Of a DNA stretch of 64,000 nucleotides, positions 1-9,565 are shown piece by piece (within the stretch, counting starts at the first letter, position 1; the number at the start of each line of letters is the position of its first letter). The stretch is from an uncultured Verrucomicrobiae bacterium. GTDB taxonomy: Bacteria; Verrucomicrobiota; Verrucomicrobiia; Chthoniobacterales; UBA10450. Location of the stretch: NCBI GenBank assembly GCA_963735805.1, contig CAVTMK010000001.1, positions 192,001 through 256,000 on the forward strand. The letters are read 5' to 3'. The notes beneath the pieces were generated by a model, which ran no database searches, was not told where the DNA came from, and worked only from the letters and a program-made list of their open reading frames with translations. The position numbers were made by a program, and so were the translations under genes.

Positions 1-595
1 TTTGCTGCACATCGTACACCGCGATGGGATCCACACCGCTAAACGGCTCGTCCAGCATCAACAATTTCGGTTGCGTCACCAACGAACGTGCAATTGTTAG
101 TCGCCGTTTCTCGCCGCCACTCAGCGTTAACGCGGTATTTTTGGCGATCCGCTCGATGCCAAACTGGTGCAGCAATTGATCGCAACGATTCCGCCGTTCG
201 GCCTTGCTCATAGATAGCGTTTCCAAAATCGCCATGATGTTTTGCTCAACGGTCATTTTTCGAAAGATCGATTCCTCCTGCGGCAGATAACCCATGCCCA
301 GCCGCGCGCGTTTGTACATGGGATAGTCAGTGACATCCGTGTCAGCGAAAATCACGCGACCGCTGTTTGGCCTAACCAGTCCAACGATCATGTAAAAACT
401 GGTGGTCTTACCTGCTCCGTTTGGCCCGAGCAGTCCAACAATTTCGCTCGCATGGACATTCAGGTTGACCCCATCCACGACCGCTCGGCCTCCGTAAATC
501 TTGACCAGTTGGTCGGTGGTCAGGACGGTCTCCGCCTTCGTCGTGGCAGGCGAATGAGCTTTCGGAATCGAAACAGGCGCAGCTTGGCTGATCAT
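1..595 (-). CDS. lptB: LPS export ABC transporter ATP-binding protein (runs off window start)
   Basis: Manual translation from ATG at 595 (ATGA overlap with lptA stop): MISQ...LVKIYGGRAVVDGV...GLLGPNGAGKTTSFYMIVGL, with Walker A; LSGGE signature near 110-125. Confidence 0.95.
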   Translation of the reverse strand, partial: MISQAAPVSIPKAHSPATTKAETVLTTDQLVKIYGGRAVVDGVNLNVHASEIVGLLGPNGAGKTTSFYMIVGLVRPNSGRVIFADTDVTDYPMYKRARLGMGYLPQEESIFRKMTVEQNIMAILETLSMSKAERRNRCDQLLHQFGIERIAKNTALTLSGGEKRRLTIARSLVTQPKLLMLDEPFSGVDPIAVYDVQQ

Positions 596-1314
596 GGTTT
601 AGGCAGGGATGGAGCGGGCGAAGCCTGGGTAGTAGGGGTTTGGGAGGAACTTGCTTTGCCCTTCTTTTCGTCATTGGGCTGCTGAACAATTTCGGTGCGA
701 CTGGGTCCGTGTGTCCTTAATTCACTGTTCTGACCAATCACCATCACCGTATCGGGGCTCGTTGCCACGTGCAGGTTCGCTCCCTCCTGTACGCGCGGCG
801 TCCCCTCCAATTGGACGTCTCCGGTACTAGCCGTGTAGGTCGCTTTATCAGCCCTGCCAATGGCCCGCGTAGGCGGTCCACCATTCGGACTGAGCCGGTC
901 GCGCACGAGTCCAACATTCCCCTCTGCGATGGCTTTCTCAAGGCTCTGGTTTTGCCCCTTCGTAATAAACACTGTCAATTTCTCAGATTGAAGATTGAAA
1001 CGCGGATCGACTACTTTCACACGGCCGCTAAAGATGCCCATGTTCTTGGTTGAATCAAAGAAAGCCTCATCCGAATAGATTTCTGTCGTCGTCGGTTGAT
1101 CGGATTGCAGCCCAGGGGCGCTCGAGCCGAATAAATTCGTACCCGATGACTTGTCTTCTTTCTTTTTGTTTTTGTCTTTTGATTTCTCTTTGGCCGGTTT
1201 CTCCGCCTTTTTCGCTGGTGCAGGTGAGCCTGGCGCCCCAGCGGCAATCTGCCCAAACGATGACGCTCCGATGGCACAGCCGGTAAGAAACACCAGCACC
1301 GCTAGTTTTTTCAT
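592..1314 (-). CDS. lptA: LptA/OstA-family LPS transport periplasmic protein
   Basis: Signal peptide, beta-jellyroll-like motifs (IFSGRVKV, AEGNV, LEGTPRV), position between lptC and lptB. Confidence 0.8.
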   Translation of the reverse strand: MKKLAVLVFLTGCAIGASSFGQIAAGAPGSPAPAKKAEKPAKEKSKDKNKKKEDKSSGTNLFGSSAPGLQSDQPTTTEIYSDEAFFDSTKNMGIFSGRVKVVDPRFNLQSEKLTVFITKGQNQSLEKAIAEGNVGLVRDRLSPNGGPPTRAIGRADKATYTASTGDVQLEGTPRVQEGANLHVATSPDTVMVIGQNSELRTHGPSRTEIVQQPNDEKKGKASSSQTPTTQASPAPSLPKP

Positions 1315-1874
1315 TCCTTCGTGTCGGGCTTCGCTGTCAGATGAGACTTATCAGTGATCACCATTTTGATATTTCCGATCAGTCGCCCGGTCCGCGAGTT
1401 CGTATCAAACTGCACTGAGTCTCCGGCGATATTAAAATCCGATCGCCGAATCGTGGTTCGCTCCTGCGAGCTTAGGATCCGCGTCTTCAAATCCAGTATT
1501 GAAGTATGCATGTCCACTTGCAGGTCCGTCTGATTCTCGGGTGTAAAAGTGATAATTTTTAGCTGTTGAAAGCCGATGTGTTCCTGATCGATCCGATGCG
1601 CCGTACCCGCTTCGAATTTCGCCTTTAGACGACCTTCTGCGTCGAAATCTGGCAACACAAGGCCCTTGGCTTCATGTCCGATCGGTAGCGGAATGTTCGT
1701 TAAACTCTCTTCCCCGGGAGACGCGCTCGCCGTCGCATTAGCACGCCCCTTTTTCTTGCGGACCTTCGACTGACCCGACACTCGGGGCGTCGCTATCAAA
1801 ACTGACAACGCCATTGATAAGAACCAAACCAGGCAGCTCCAGTAGACGGAGCGGCCGTTACGCCACCGCAGCAT
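1311..1874 (-). CDS. lptC: LptC-like LPS export protein
   Basis: N-terminal TM helix, beta-rich C-terminus (GRLIGNIKMVI), kdsA-lptC-lptA-lptB synteny. Confidence 0.7.
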   Translation of the reverse strand: MLRWRNGRSVYWSCLVWFLSMALSVLIATPRVSGQSKVRKKKGRANATASASPGEESLTNIPLPIGHEAKGLVLPDFDAEGRLKAKFEAGTAHRIDQEHIGFQQLKIITFTPENQTDLQVDMHTSILDLKTRILSSQERTTIRRSDFNIAGDSVQFDTNSRTGRLIGNIKMVITDKSHLTAKPDTKE

Positions 1875-2676
1875 GAATAGCCTTTAACACGCGCAGATTC
1901 TTCGGCAAATCCTTTAGGGAAACCTGATTTGGCCCATCCGATAACGCTCGGCCTGGGTTTTCGTGTACCTCCATAAAAATTCCGTCGCAACCGGTTGCCA
2001 TCGCCGCTCTGGCCAGTGCCGGCGCCAGAACGCCGTCCCCCGATGTAGAATCCCCTGCCCCTCCTGGCCGTTGTACAGAATGTGTCGCGTCAAAGATCGC
2101 CAGATACCCGGCGTCGCGCAACCAATAGAGAGAGCGCATGTCGGCAACGAGATTGTTGTAGCCAAAACTGGTCCCGCGTTCTGTGAAACAGAACTTTTCA
2201 TTACCGAACGCAATCAATTTTTCGGCGATATTTCGCACATCCCATGGCGCGAGAAACTGACCTTTTTTAACATTGATCGCGCGACCCGTTTCTGCGGCGG
2301 CACGCAACAGATCTGTCTGCCGGCAAAGAAACGCTGGAATTTGTAACAAGTCGATCTTTTCGCCGACAATCTCGGCTTCGGCGGGCAAATGGATGTCCGT
2401 TGTTACAGGAATTTTCAAATCTTGTCCGATTGCCGAAAGAATTTCGCAGCCTTCGTGCACTCCAACGCCTCGAAAGGAGCGGACCGAAGTTCGATTCGCT
2501 TTGTCGTATGAGGCCTTGAAAATGAGGTCGACATCTTCGGCCGCGCAGATTTCCGCAATCTTCTTCGCCATGCGCCAGACAAACTTCTCCGACTCGATGA
2601 CGCACGGGCCGAGAATGAATACCGGATTTCTTCCGCCAATGAGAACTTTGCCAATCTTGAGGGGCCTGGCTTTCAT
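1858..2676 (-). CDS. kdsA: KDO 8-phosphate synthase
   Basis: GPCVIES, FKASYDKANRTS, QIPAFLCRQTDL, DATHSVQ motifs. Confidence 0.97.
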   Translation of the reverse strand: MKARPLKIGKVLIGGRNPVFILGPCVIESEKFVWRMAKKIAEICAAEDVDLIFKASYDKANRTSVRSFRGVGVHEGCEILSAIGQDLKIPVTTDIHLPAEAEIVGEKIDLLQIPAFLCRQTDLLRAAAETGRAINVKKGQFLAPWDVRNIAEKLIAFGNEKFCFTERGTSFGYNNLVADMRSLYWLRDAGYLAIFDATHSVQRPGGAGDSTSGDGVLAPALARAAMATGCDGIFMEVHENPGRALSDGPNQVSLKDLPKNLRVLKAIHAAVA

Positions 2677-2720
2677 CGATCTCTCATTGTCGCGATGTGA
2701 ACGATTGAGGTCAATGCAAC

Positions 2721-3440
2721 CTAGCTCGCCAATCGCGCCGGGTCGGGGGCGCGATTGCCTCGCAAAAGATCGAAAAAGGCAAATGGTACATACAGTGCGA
2801 CAAAGAATAGCAATGCCAGTCCGTGCATTTGCAAAAGGTAAAGGAGACGCGAATCGGAGAGAAAACTCAAAATGGAAAATGCTTCGGGTTTGTGCAGCAA
2901 AAATCCGTAATTAACACCCGTCAGTTTGTCGACGACGAAGGTAACTATGAAATAAAGCTCCGACCATAGAAACACGCGGACGATCGACATGGGGTATGGG
3001 CGGTACCGTCGAGTCAACATCAGAAAGACCACGCCGATGATGATACCGCAGTGAGAGGTGAAAAAGCTAATGAATCGCCAATCTGGAAAACCATAGCGTA
3101 GGTCTGGCGTGAGCACTGCCTGCAACGTGCCGCCAAGTCCCCAGAAATATGCCACCTCGAACCAGCGTTGATTCCCGGTCCACATCGCCACGATGACGAC
3201 TACCATGCCCCAGTCGCACAATTGCATCGGCAACATTTGTTGCCAATTGGTCACGCCGTGTACGCGGATGAAGATGAGATACACAGCATAGTTTGCGATC
3301 AATAGTGATGTGATCACGATAATGATCGCGCGTTGGCCGCGCGACGATTTCGCGATCGCTGCAAGCACAAACGGCAGGATGATCGTCAGAAAAATAACCG
3401 CCAGATGCGGCAAACCATACGGTTGGAATTCAGGATCCAT
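2721..3440 (-). CDS. TIGR02206/YwaF-like integral membrane protein
   Basis: LPMQLCD, GTLQAVLTPDL and NYGFL..KP motifs; multiple TM helices. Confidence 0.8.
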   Translation of the reverse strand: MDPEFQPYGLPHLAVIFLTIILPFVLAAIAKSSRGQRAIIIVITSLLIANYAVYLIFIRVHGVTNWQQMLPMQLCDWGMVVVIVAMWTGNQRWFEVAYFWGLGGTLQAVLTPDLRYGFPDWRFISFFTSHCGIIIGVVFLMLTRRYRPYPMSIVRVFLWSELYFIVTFVVDKLTGVNYGFLLHKPEAFSILSFLSDSRLLYLLQMHGLALLFFVALYVPFAFFDLLRGNRAPDPARLAS

Positions 3441-3447
3441 GCGTGGT

Positions 3448-3513
3448 TGTTAATGCGGTTGTATCAACCGCCTCATCCGATAGAAAGGCGTTTTGACACA
3501 AGCGCCTCTTCCA
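3448..3513. repeat. Degenerate REP-like double hairpin
   Basis: GCGGTTG-TAT-CAACCGC and AGGCGTTTTGACACAAGCGCCT hairpins in an intergenic region. Confidence 0.5.
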
Positions 3514-3538
3514 TCATGCGCAAGCTTGACGGTTTAGC

Positions 3539-4381
3539 TCACCGAATTACCCAGAGATTACAGGGAATGACATCGGTAACCCACGCGATGTTGCTTGGCA
3601 GTTGGTGTGTCTCACCGGTGTTTTTCTGCAACGGCACAACGAGCAAGTCCGCTTCGACTGATTGAACAAAATCCGAGGCAGCCAGCCCAGTATTCCCACG
3701 AATGCAACGCGCCTCGATCGGAACGTCGGTTGCGCCGGCTGACAAAACGAATTTTTCCAAAGCCTCTTCGTCATCATCGTCTACGCCCGGTTTTGCGCGG
3801 CTCCTGGCATCTCCACGAATCGATGCGCGTGCCTGATCAAATGTGGTGATGATGCGAATAACATAAAGCCGCTCGCACGATTCCGCCGCGGCGAAGGGCA
3901 GCGTCCTTTTCAAAGCCTCCAATCTTGTATCAGAATAATCGGCGACAAAAACGATCCGCCGCAGCGGTTTCGGCTTCATTGCCGGCGTGGTAAAGAGCAT
4001 CACCGAGCAGGGAGCTTCCCGCACAAGGAGCCGTGCGACATTGCCCAGAAATGGATGCAACACCACTTCCTTTTCCAGGGCGCCAGCCACGATCACATCG
4101 ATGTTCTCACGAGCGAGCGCGCGCAGAATAGCTTCGGTGGGATTCCCTTTTTCGTAGTGAATCTTCGAATCAAGCGGAAGCTCCAGTTGTGCGAGGGCGT
4201 CATTAAACTTCTGCGCTATCTCCTGATCGCGTTCGCCTACATAGATCAGGTGAAGATCGGCAGAAAAGCGATCTCGAATTCGTTTCGCTTCCGCAAGCAC
4301 CTGCTTAAATCGCGGGGAAAACGTGCTCGCCACGGCGACGGTCTTGTAGGGCGATGGTTCGCGCATGGGACTGGTAATCAA
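3539..4381 (-). CDS. Universal stress protein (tandem USP domains)
   Basis: IDVIVAGA...FLGNVARLLVREAPCSVM motif and a second USP-like half ending IPCNLWVIR. Confidence 0.85.
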   Translation of the reverse strand: MITSPMREPSPYKTVAVASTFSPRFKQVLAEAKRIRDRFSADLHLIYVGERDQEIAQKFNDALAQLELPLDSKIHYEKGNPTEAILRALARENIDVIVAGALEKEVVLHPFLGNVARLLVREAPCSVMLFTTPAMKPKPLRRIVFVADYSDTRLEALKRTLPFAAAESCERLYVIRIITTFDQARASIRGDARSRAKPGVDDDDEEALEKFVLSAGATDVPIEARCIRGNTGLAASDFVQSVEADLLVVPLQKNTGETHQLPSNIAWVTDVIPCNLWVIR

Positions 4382-4418
4382 TTTCGTGTCTCACGAACTT
4401 TAGGCAAATTCGACTGAA

Positions 4419-4551
4419 AATGGCGAATGACGAATGAACAACGAAAATCCGAATAGCAAAGCAATCATTCGGAGTTTCCGCCATTTTGACTTCGACGCGG
4501 AACCGTCGCTGACGGCGAAAGGCATTCGAGTTTCATTCGCCATTCGTCATT
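4419..4551. repeat. Inverted repeat built from 7-mer (CGAATGA) tandem units
   Basis: AATGGCGAATGACGAATGAA (4419-4438) matches the reverse complement of 4532-4551 at 18/20. Confidence 0.75.
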
Positions 4552-4614
4552 AGCGCCTCGTATTGTTTTTTCATTCATCTTTTCATTTTCAATTTCCTGC
4601 GCGATTTTAATGCG

Positions 4615-5088
4615 ATGCGCCGCGCGATCTACCCTGGCAGTTTTGATCCCGTAACAAACGGTCACCTTGATGTGATAGAGCGCGCTCGGAAATTATTCGA
4701 TGAAGTCGTCGTCGCTGTGGCGCACAACGATGAGAAGCAACCGCTTTTCTCGCTGAAGCATCGCCTTGAGCTGCTGCAAGAGACAGCGGGAAAAATCGAC
4801 AACGTGCGAATCGCTGAGTTCGACGGTCTGCTTGTCGAGTTCGCCAGGCAAGCAGAAGCCGGAGCAGTCATCCGTGGCTTGCGCGCCGTCTCCGATTTTG
4901 AGTTTGAGTTTCAAATGGCTCTGATGAACCGGAAGCTCGATGGTTCAGTAGAAACGATTTTCCTCATGCCGAAGGAGGAATACACTTATTTAAGCTCTCG
5001 CATCGTGAAGGAAATCGCTCGCCTTGGCGGCGATGTTTCAAGTTTTGTTCCGGCTTCTGTCGCCAAGGCGCTGAAGAGGAAATTCTGA
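4615..5088 (+). CDS. coaD: Pantetheine-phosphate adenylyltransferase
   Basis: AIYPGSFDPVTNGHLD, RGLRAVSDFEFE, SSRIVKE. Confidence 0.98.
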   Translation: MRRAIYPGSFDPVTNGHLDVIERARKLFDEVVVAVAHNDEKQPLFSLKHRLELLQETAGKIDNVRIAEFDGLLVEFARQAEAGAVIRGLRAVSDFEFEFQMALMNRKLDGSVETIFLMPKEEYTYLSSRIVKEIARLGGDVSSFVPASVAKALKRKF

Positions 5089-5114
5089 CTGACAACGTTC
5101 GAAAGGTTCGACGA

Positions 5115-5564
5115 GTGAAAATCCATCTCAAACAGGTTCCTCCCCAGGGTTTGCATCTGGACGGCGACGAGGATTGCCCGATTCACGGTCTTGAACCGGA
5201 GGGGATTCGTTGCGCTGGTCGCCTGCATTACAATATCGACCTGGGTATTGCTGGAGGCGCTCTCTGGGCAAGAGGCTCACTATCACAGCCGGTAGAGCTG
5301 AGTTGCGTATCATGCCTGGAAACATTTGTGCACGAAATTCAAGTGCCCGGATTTGCCGCTCACATAGAGCTGCATGGACCGGAGACGGTCGATCTCACGC
5401 CTCTTATACGCGAAGATCTCCTGCTTAATCTGCCAGCGCATCCGCGCTGCGACAGAGATGGCCATCATGTCTGCAAAGCGAAGCGCCTGGATATCGAGGC
5501 ACAAGATGCAAAACGGAAGCCGGATTGGAGCGCACTGGATAAATTGAAGATCGAGAACCGTTAA
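5115..5564 (+). CDS. yceD: YceD/DUF177 family protein
   Basis: CxxC, VDLTPLIREDLLLNLP, WSALDKLK; lies upstream of rpmF. Confidence 0.88.
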   Translation: MKIHLKQVPPQGLHLDGDEDCPIHGLEPEGIRCAGRLHYNIDLGIAGGALWARGSLSQPVELSCVSCLETFVHEIQVPGFAAHIELHGPETVDLTPLIREDLLLNLPAHPRCDRDGHHVCKAKRLDIEAQDAKRKPDWSALDKLKIENR

Positions 5565-5652
5565 ATCGTTGAATCGTTACAACGGATCACGAATCTCACG
5601 TTACAAATCACGTTTGTCTTTTCCACCTCAGATGCTTTAGTGACCGCCTGCC

Positions 5653-5835
5653 ATGGGAGTCCCAAAACGCAAAACATCCAAGATGCGATTGCGCACGCGC
5701 AAAGCGGCAAACCGCTGGCATGCTCCGCATCTGAACAAATGCCCGCAGTGCGGAAGCGCTGTTCCCTCGCACATCGCCTGTCCTTCGTGCGGTTACTACC
5801 GCGGGCGCCAGGTGCTGACGCTCGAGGGTAAATAA
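5653..5835 (+). CDS. rpmF: 50S ribosomal protein L32
   Basis: MGVPKRKTSK...CPQCG...HIACPSCGYY (Zn-ribbon form). Confidence 0.97.
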   Translation: MGVPKRKTSKMRLRTRKAANRWHAPHLNKCPQCGSAVPSHIACPSCGYYRGRQVLTLEGK

Positions 5836-5874
5836 GTTGCATTTCGCGGTTAATGTCCGCAAAGTTTCGGACCG

Positions 5875-6906
5875 ATGAAAATCGCCCTCGATGCGATGGG
5901 CGGCGATTTTGGCCCGCCTAATCTCGTTGCCGGCGCCGTTATGGCGTTGCGTGAGTACCCTTATATCAATAAGCTTTTTCTCGTCGGCGACTCCACGCAG
6001 ATCGAAGCGGAACTCAAGAAGCATGGCTGCAACGACGGCAGAATCGAGATCACACACGCGACGCAAGTAGTAGATATGAGCGACCGCGCATGGTCGGCGG
6101 TCAGGCGAAAGAAGGATTCATCAGTAAGCCGCGCATTCGATCTAGTTAAGCGCGGGCAAGCGGATGCAGTCGTGAGCGCAGGTCACACGGGCGCGTCCGT
6201 CGCCGCGGGCACGATTAAGCTCCGCACACTGCCAGGAATCGATCGACCGGGTATCGCGGCTGTGCTTCCGACCGAAACGAATGTCTTCGTTTTGATCGAT
6301 GCCGGCGCAAATATCGATGCGCGCCCAGAACACCTTCTCCAATACGCGTTCATGGGCTCGGTTTATTCACGTCATGTTCTCCACTACAAAAATCCGACCG
6401 TTGGTCTGGTCTCGCTCGGCGACGAGGACGTTAAGGGCACCGAATTAACCAAGGAAGTGTTTAAGATGCTAAGACCAAGTTCGCTCAACTTCGTCGGCAA
6501 CATAGAAGGCCGACATCTTTTTGAAGATCCGGTTGAAGTTGTCGTGTGCGACGGATTCGTCGGCAACGTGATCTTGAAAACGTGCGAATCGATCGCGGTG
6601 GCGATGTTTCAATGGCTCAAGCACGAGCTCATGCGCACAACGATGCGGAAGGCTGGTGCCTTCCTTGCGAGGAAAGCAATTGGAACAATTAAAGATAAGA
6701 CGAACTATGAAGAGTACGGCGGCAGTCCGCTTCTCGGCGTGAACGGCATCTGCATCATCGCGCATGGCGCGAGCACGCCACTGGCCGTCAAGAATGCGCT
6801 GCGAGTGGCGGCGGAGTCGATTGAACAGCAGGTAAACCCGCATATCGTCGAGGAGATTCGCCGTTACTATGAAACGACAGCCTCGCTCGAACCCGCGCTC
6901 CACTAA
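5875..6906 (+). CDS. plsX: Phosphate acyltransferase
   Basis: IALDAMGGDFGP, SAGHTGA, VVCDGFVGN, HGAS. Confidence 0.97.
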   Translation: MKIALDAMGGDFGPPNLVAGAVMALREYPYINKLFLVGDSTQIEAELKKHGCNDGRIEITHATQVVDMSDRAWSAVRRKKDSSVSRAFDLVKRGQADAVVSAGHTGASVAAGTIKLRTLPGIDRPGIAAVLPTETNVFVLIDAGANIDARPEHLLQYAFMGSVYSRHVLHYKNPTVGLVSLGDEDVKGTELTKEVFKMLRPSSLNFVGNIEGRHLFEDPVEVVVCDGFVGNVILKTCESIAVAMFQWLKHELMRTTMRKAGAFLARKAIGTIKDKTNYEEYGGSPLLGVNGICIIAHGASTPLAVKNALRVAAESIEQQVNPHIVEEIRRYYETTASLEPALH

Positions 6907-7891
6907 ACTACTGCGCACGGTTTCAATCGTCGGTACGGGAAGCTACGTGCCCGACAAGGTTCTGACCAACGCAGACCTATCGCGCATCGTCGATACCAGC
7001 GACGATTGGATCACCACCCGCACCGGCATTAAGGAACGCCGTATTGCCGCAAAAGATGAAAATACCAGCGATATGGCGACCAAGGCTGCACTCAAAGCAA
7101 TCGAACAGGCCAAGATCTCCGCAAAGGAGATCGATCTTATTCTCGTGGCAACGGCCACTCCTGACATGCTTTTCCCGGCCACGGCTTGCTTCGTTCAGAA
7201 GAAGATCGGCGCAACTAACGCCGCTTGTCTCGATATTTCCGCAGCATGCGCAGGTTTTCTCTTTGGCCTGGAGATCGCGCAGCAATTCATTACGTCACAT
7301 ACGCACGACACTGTGCTCGTGATCGGGGCCGATAAATTAACATCGATCACCAACTGGACCGATCGCAATACCTGTGTCCTTTTCGGAGATGGCGCTGGCG
7401 CCGCGGTTTTACGTCACCGAGGCAGCGCGCACGGCGTGATCAGCACTCACATCGGAAGCGATGGACAGTACACGGATATCTTGTTCATGCCCGGCGGTGG
7501 TTCGAGATGCCCGATTACACGGGAAAATGCCGATATGCATTTGGCAACAATCCACATGACGGGTAAGGAGGTGTACAAACAGGCTGTCATTGCAATGTTG
7601 AACGCGGCCAAGAAGGTCCTCGAGCAAGCTGGACTTTCCATTGAAGACATCGCCTGCGTTATTCCGCATCAGGCCAATCTCCGCATAATGGACGCGATCG
7701 CAGACCGGCTCGGTATTTCGCGCGACAAAATGTTTGTAAATCTGGATCGCTATGGCAATACCTCGGCTGCCGCTGTGGCGATCGCATTAGACGAAGCCAA
7801 TCGCAGTGGACGGATCAAGCCAGGTGATTACGTCTTGTTGGTCGTATTTGGCGGCGGACTAACCTGGGCGAGCACAATAATAGAATGGTAA
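6869..7891 (+). CDS. fabH: 3-oxoacyl-ACP synthase III
   Basis: AACAGF, PHQAN, GNTSAA catalytic motifs. Confidence 0.97.
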   Translation: MKRQPRSNPRSTKLLRTVSIVGTGSYVPDKVLTNADLSRIVDTSDDWITTRTGIKERRIAAKDENTSDMATKAALKAIEQAKISAKEIDLILVATATPDMLFPATACFVQKKIGATNAACLDISAACAGFLFGLEIAQQFITSHTHDTVLVIGADKLTSITNWTDRNTCVLFGDGAGAAVLRHRGSAHGVISTHIGSDGQYTDILFMPGGGSRCPITRENADMHLATIHMTGKEVYKQAVIAMLNAAKKVLEQAGLSIEDIACVIPHQANLRIMDAIADRLGISRDKMFVNLDRYGNTSAAAVAIALDEANRSGRIKPGDYVLLVVFGGGLTWASTIIEW

Positions 7892-7894
7892 AGC

Positions 7895-7956
7895 TGTAAG
7901 GCGTTCCGCGTTCCGCGCTGAGCGAGAAGTTGGCGTTTCGCAGAAACCCCGTACAA
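7895..7956. repeat. GTAG-type REP-like pair (degenerate)
   Basis: TGTAAGGCGTT...GGCGTTTCGCAGAAACCCCGTACA resembles 10591-10614 and 51750-51808. Confidence 0.6.
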
Positions 7957-7963
7957 TCAACGC

Positions 7964-8827
7964 ATGCTAATCGACACCCACGCACATCTGGATTATCCCG
8001 ATTTTGCCAATGACCTCGAGGATGTGCTGGGTCGCGCAAAAGACGCCGGGGTCATGCGCATCATCACGATCGGCACGTCCCTGGAAAGCAGCCGGCGCGC
8101 TATCGATCTCGCGGAAAGATATCCAGCCGTCTTCGCGACAATCGGCGTTCACCCAACGTCCGTTGAGGAAGCAGACGACGACGTAATTACGCCGTTGCGC
8201 GAGTTGGCAAAGAATCCGCGTGTGGTAGCGATCGGCGAAACCGGCCTCGATTATCACCGTTTGCCAAGCGAGAAAGTGGCGAAGGAAGAGCAGGTCCAGG
8301 TGATGACCGCGCTGCGAACTGAGACCGACGAAGAAATCGAAGCACAAATCCGCGACGGTGCTTACAAATCGAAACAGGCGAGCTTATTTCAGCAGCAACT
8401 AGATCTTGCGGGGGAATTGGGCCTAAACGTTGTGATTCATCAACGCGACGCATGGGACGACACGCTCAATATTATGAGGCCATACAATGGCAAGCTGCGC
8501 GGCGTTTTTCATTGCTTCGGCGGCTCGCTCGACCAGGCAAATGAAGTTCTGGATCTTGACCATCTTATTTCCTTCACTGGAATTGTTACTTTTAAAAACG
8601 GTGAAGGCGTGCGAGAAGTTGCGGCACAAATCCCACTCTGGAAATTCATGGTGGAAACCGATTGTCCCTATTTGGCACCTGTTCCTTTTCGCGGAAAACC
8701 CTCCGAACCAGCGCACACACGCATCGTGGCAGAAGCGATCGCCGAGGCGCGAGGGATTCCGCTGGAAGAAGTTGCCGAGGCGACAACCGAAACTGCAGAA
8801 AGATTTTTTCAATTCAATCGCACATGA
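7964..8827 (+). CDS. tatD: TatD family hydrolase
   Basis: DTHAH, GVHP, IGETGLDY, HCF, ETDCPYLAP. Confidence 0.95.
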   Translation: MLIDTHAHLDYPDFANDLEDVLGRAKDAGVMRIITIGTSLESSRRAIDLAERYPAVFATIGVHPTSVEEADDDVITPLRELAKNPRVVAIGETGLDYHRLPSEKVAKEEQVQVMTALRTETDEEIEAQIRDGAYKSKQASLFQQQLDLAGELGLNVVIHQRDAWDDTLNIMRPYNGKLRGVFHCFGGSLDQANEVLDLDHLISFTGIVTFKNGEGVREVAAQIPLWKFMVETDCPYLAPVPFRGKPSEPAHTRIVAEAIAEARGIPLEEVAEATTETAERFFQFNRT

Positions 8828-8892
8828 AGACTCAAGGTGGAACGCGTTGTCCTCAACGCGTTGGTGAAGACAATGCGCCTTCGAAGAAGGCC

Positions 8893-9486
8893 ATGCCGCT
8901 GGTTTGTCTCGTGGCAGCGGTTTTCCTCGCATCCTGCGCCGCGCCAGACACGCAACATCAGGTCGTGGTCAGCACGCGTGAGCAAAAGCTGGTCCTGCTT
9001 GATCACGGCAACGTCCGCGCAATTTATCCAGTCTCTACCTCGAAGTTCGGATTGGGCGATTTGCGTGGCAGCCGTTTTACGCCTCTTGGCAAACTGCAGA
9101 TCGCTGAAAAGATCGGCGACAATGCGCCGCCTGGCACGGTTTTCAAGGACCGACGTCGAACCGGTGAAATCGTAGTGCCGGATTCTCCAGGCCGCGACCC
9201 GATCGTGACGCGCATCTTCTGGCTGCGCGGATTGGAGGCGCAAAACGCCAACGCGTTCTCCCGGGATATTTACATCCACGGCACTCCGGAAGAACGACGC
9301 ATCGGTACGCCTGCAAGTTATGGCTGCATTCGGATGCGCTCGAGCGACATCATACAGTTGTACGACATCGTGGGAACAGGCGCAGCAGTCACCATCGTGA
9401 ACGTTCCGCTAGCCGTTGCAGTTCCGAGCCTCGTCTCAGCTCACTCGATGGCCGACACCAACTCGGCGCCATTTGTAATGCGGTAG
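8893..9486 (+). CDS. L,D-transpeptidase (YkuD) lipoprotein; alternative start at 8824
   Basis: Lipobox FLASC; IYIHGT...SYGCIRM catalytic motif. Confidence 0.88.
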   Translation: MPLVCLVAAVFLASCAAPDTQHQVVVSTREQKLVLLDHGNVRAIYPVSTSKFGLGDLRGSRFTPLGKLQIAEKIGDNAPPGTVFKDRRRTGEIVVPDSPGRDPIVTRIFWLRGLEAQNANAFSRDIYIHGTPEERRIGTPASYGCIRMRSSDIIQLYDIVGTGAAVTIVNVPLAVAVPSLVSAHSMADTNSAPFVMR

Positions 9487-9565
9487 AGCTGTAAACGGAA
9501 GTCGCTGCCGCGAATCATCCGGGACCGAATTTCGCCGAGCGGCGGCCGGCGACCGATGGACACAA

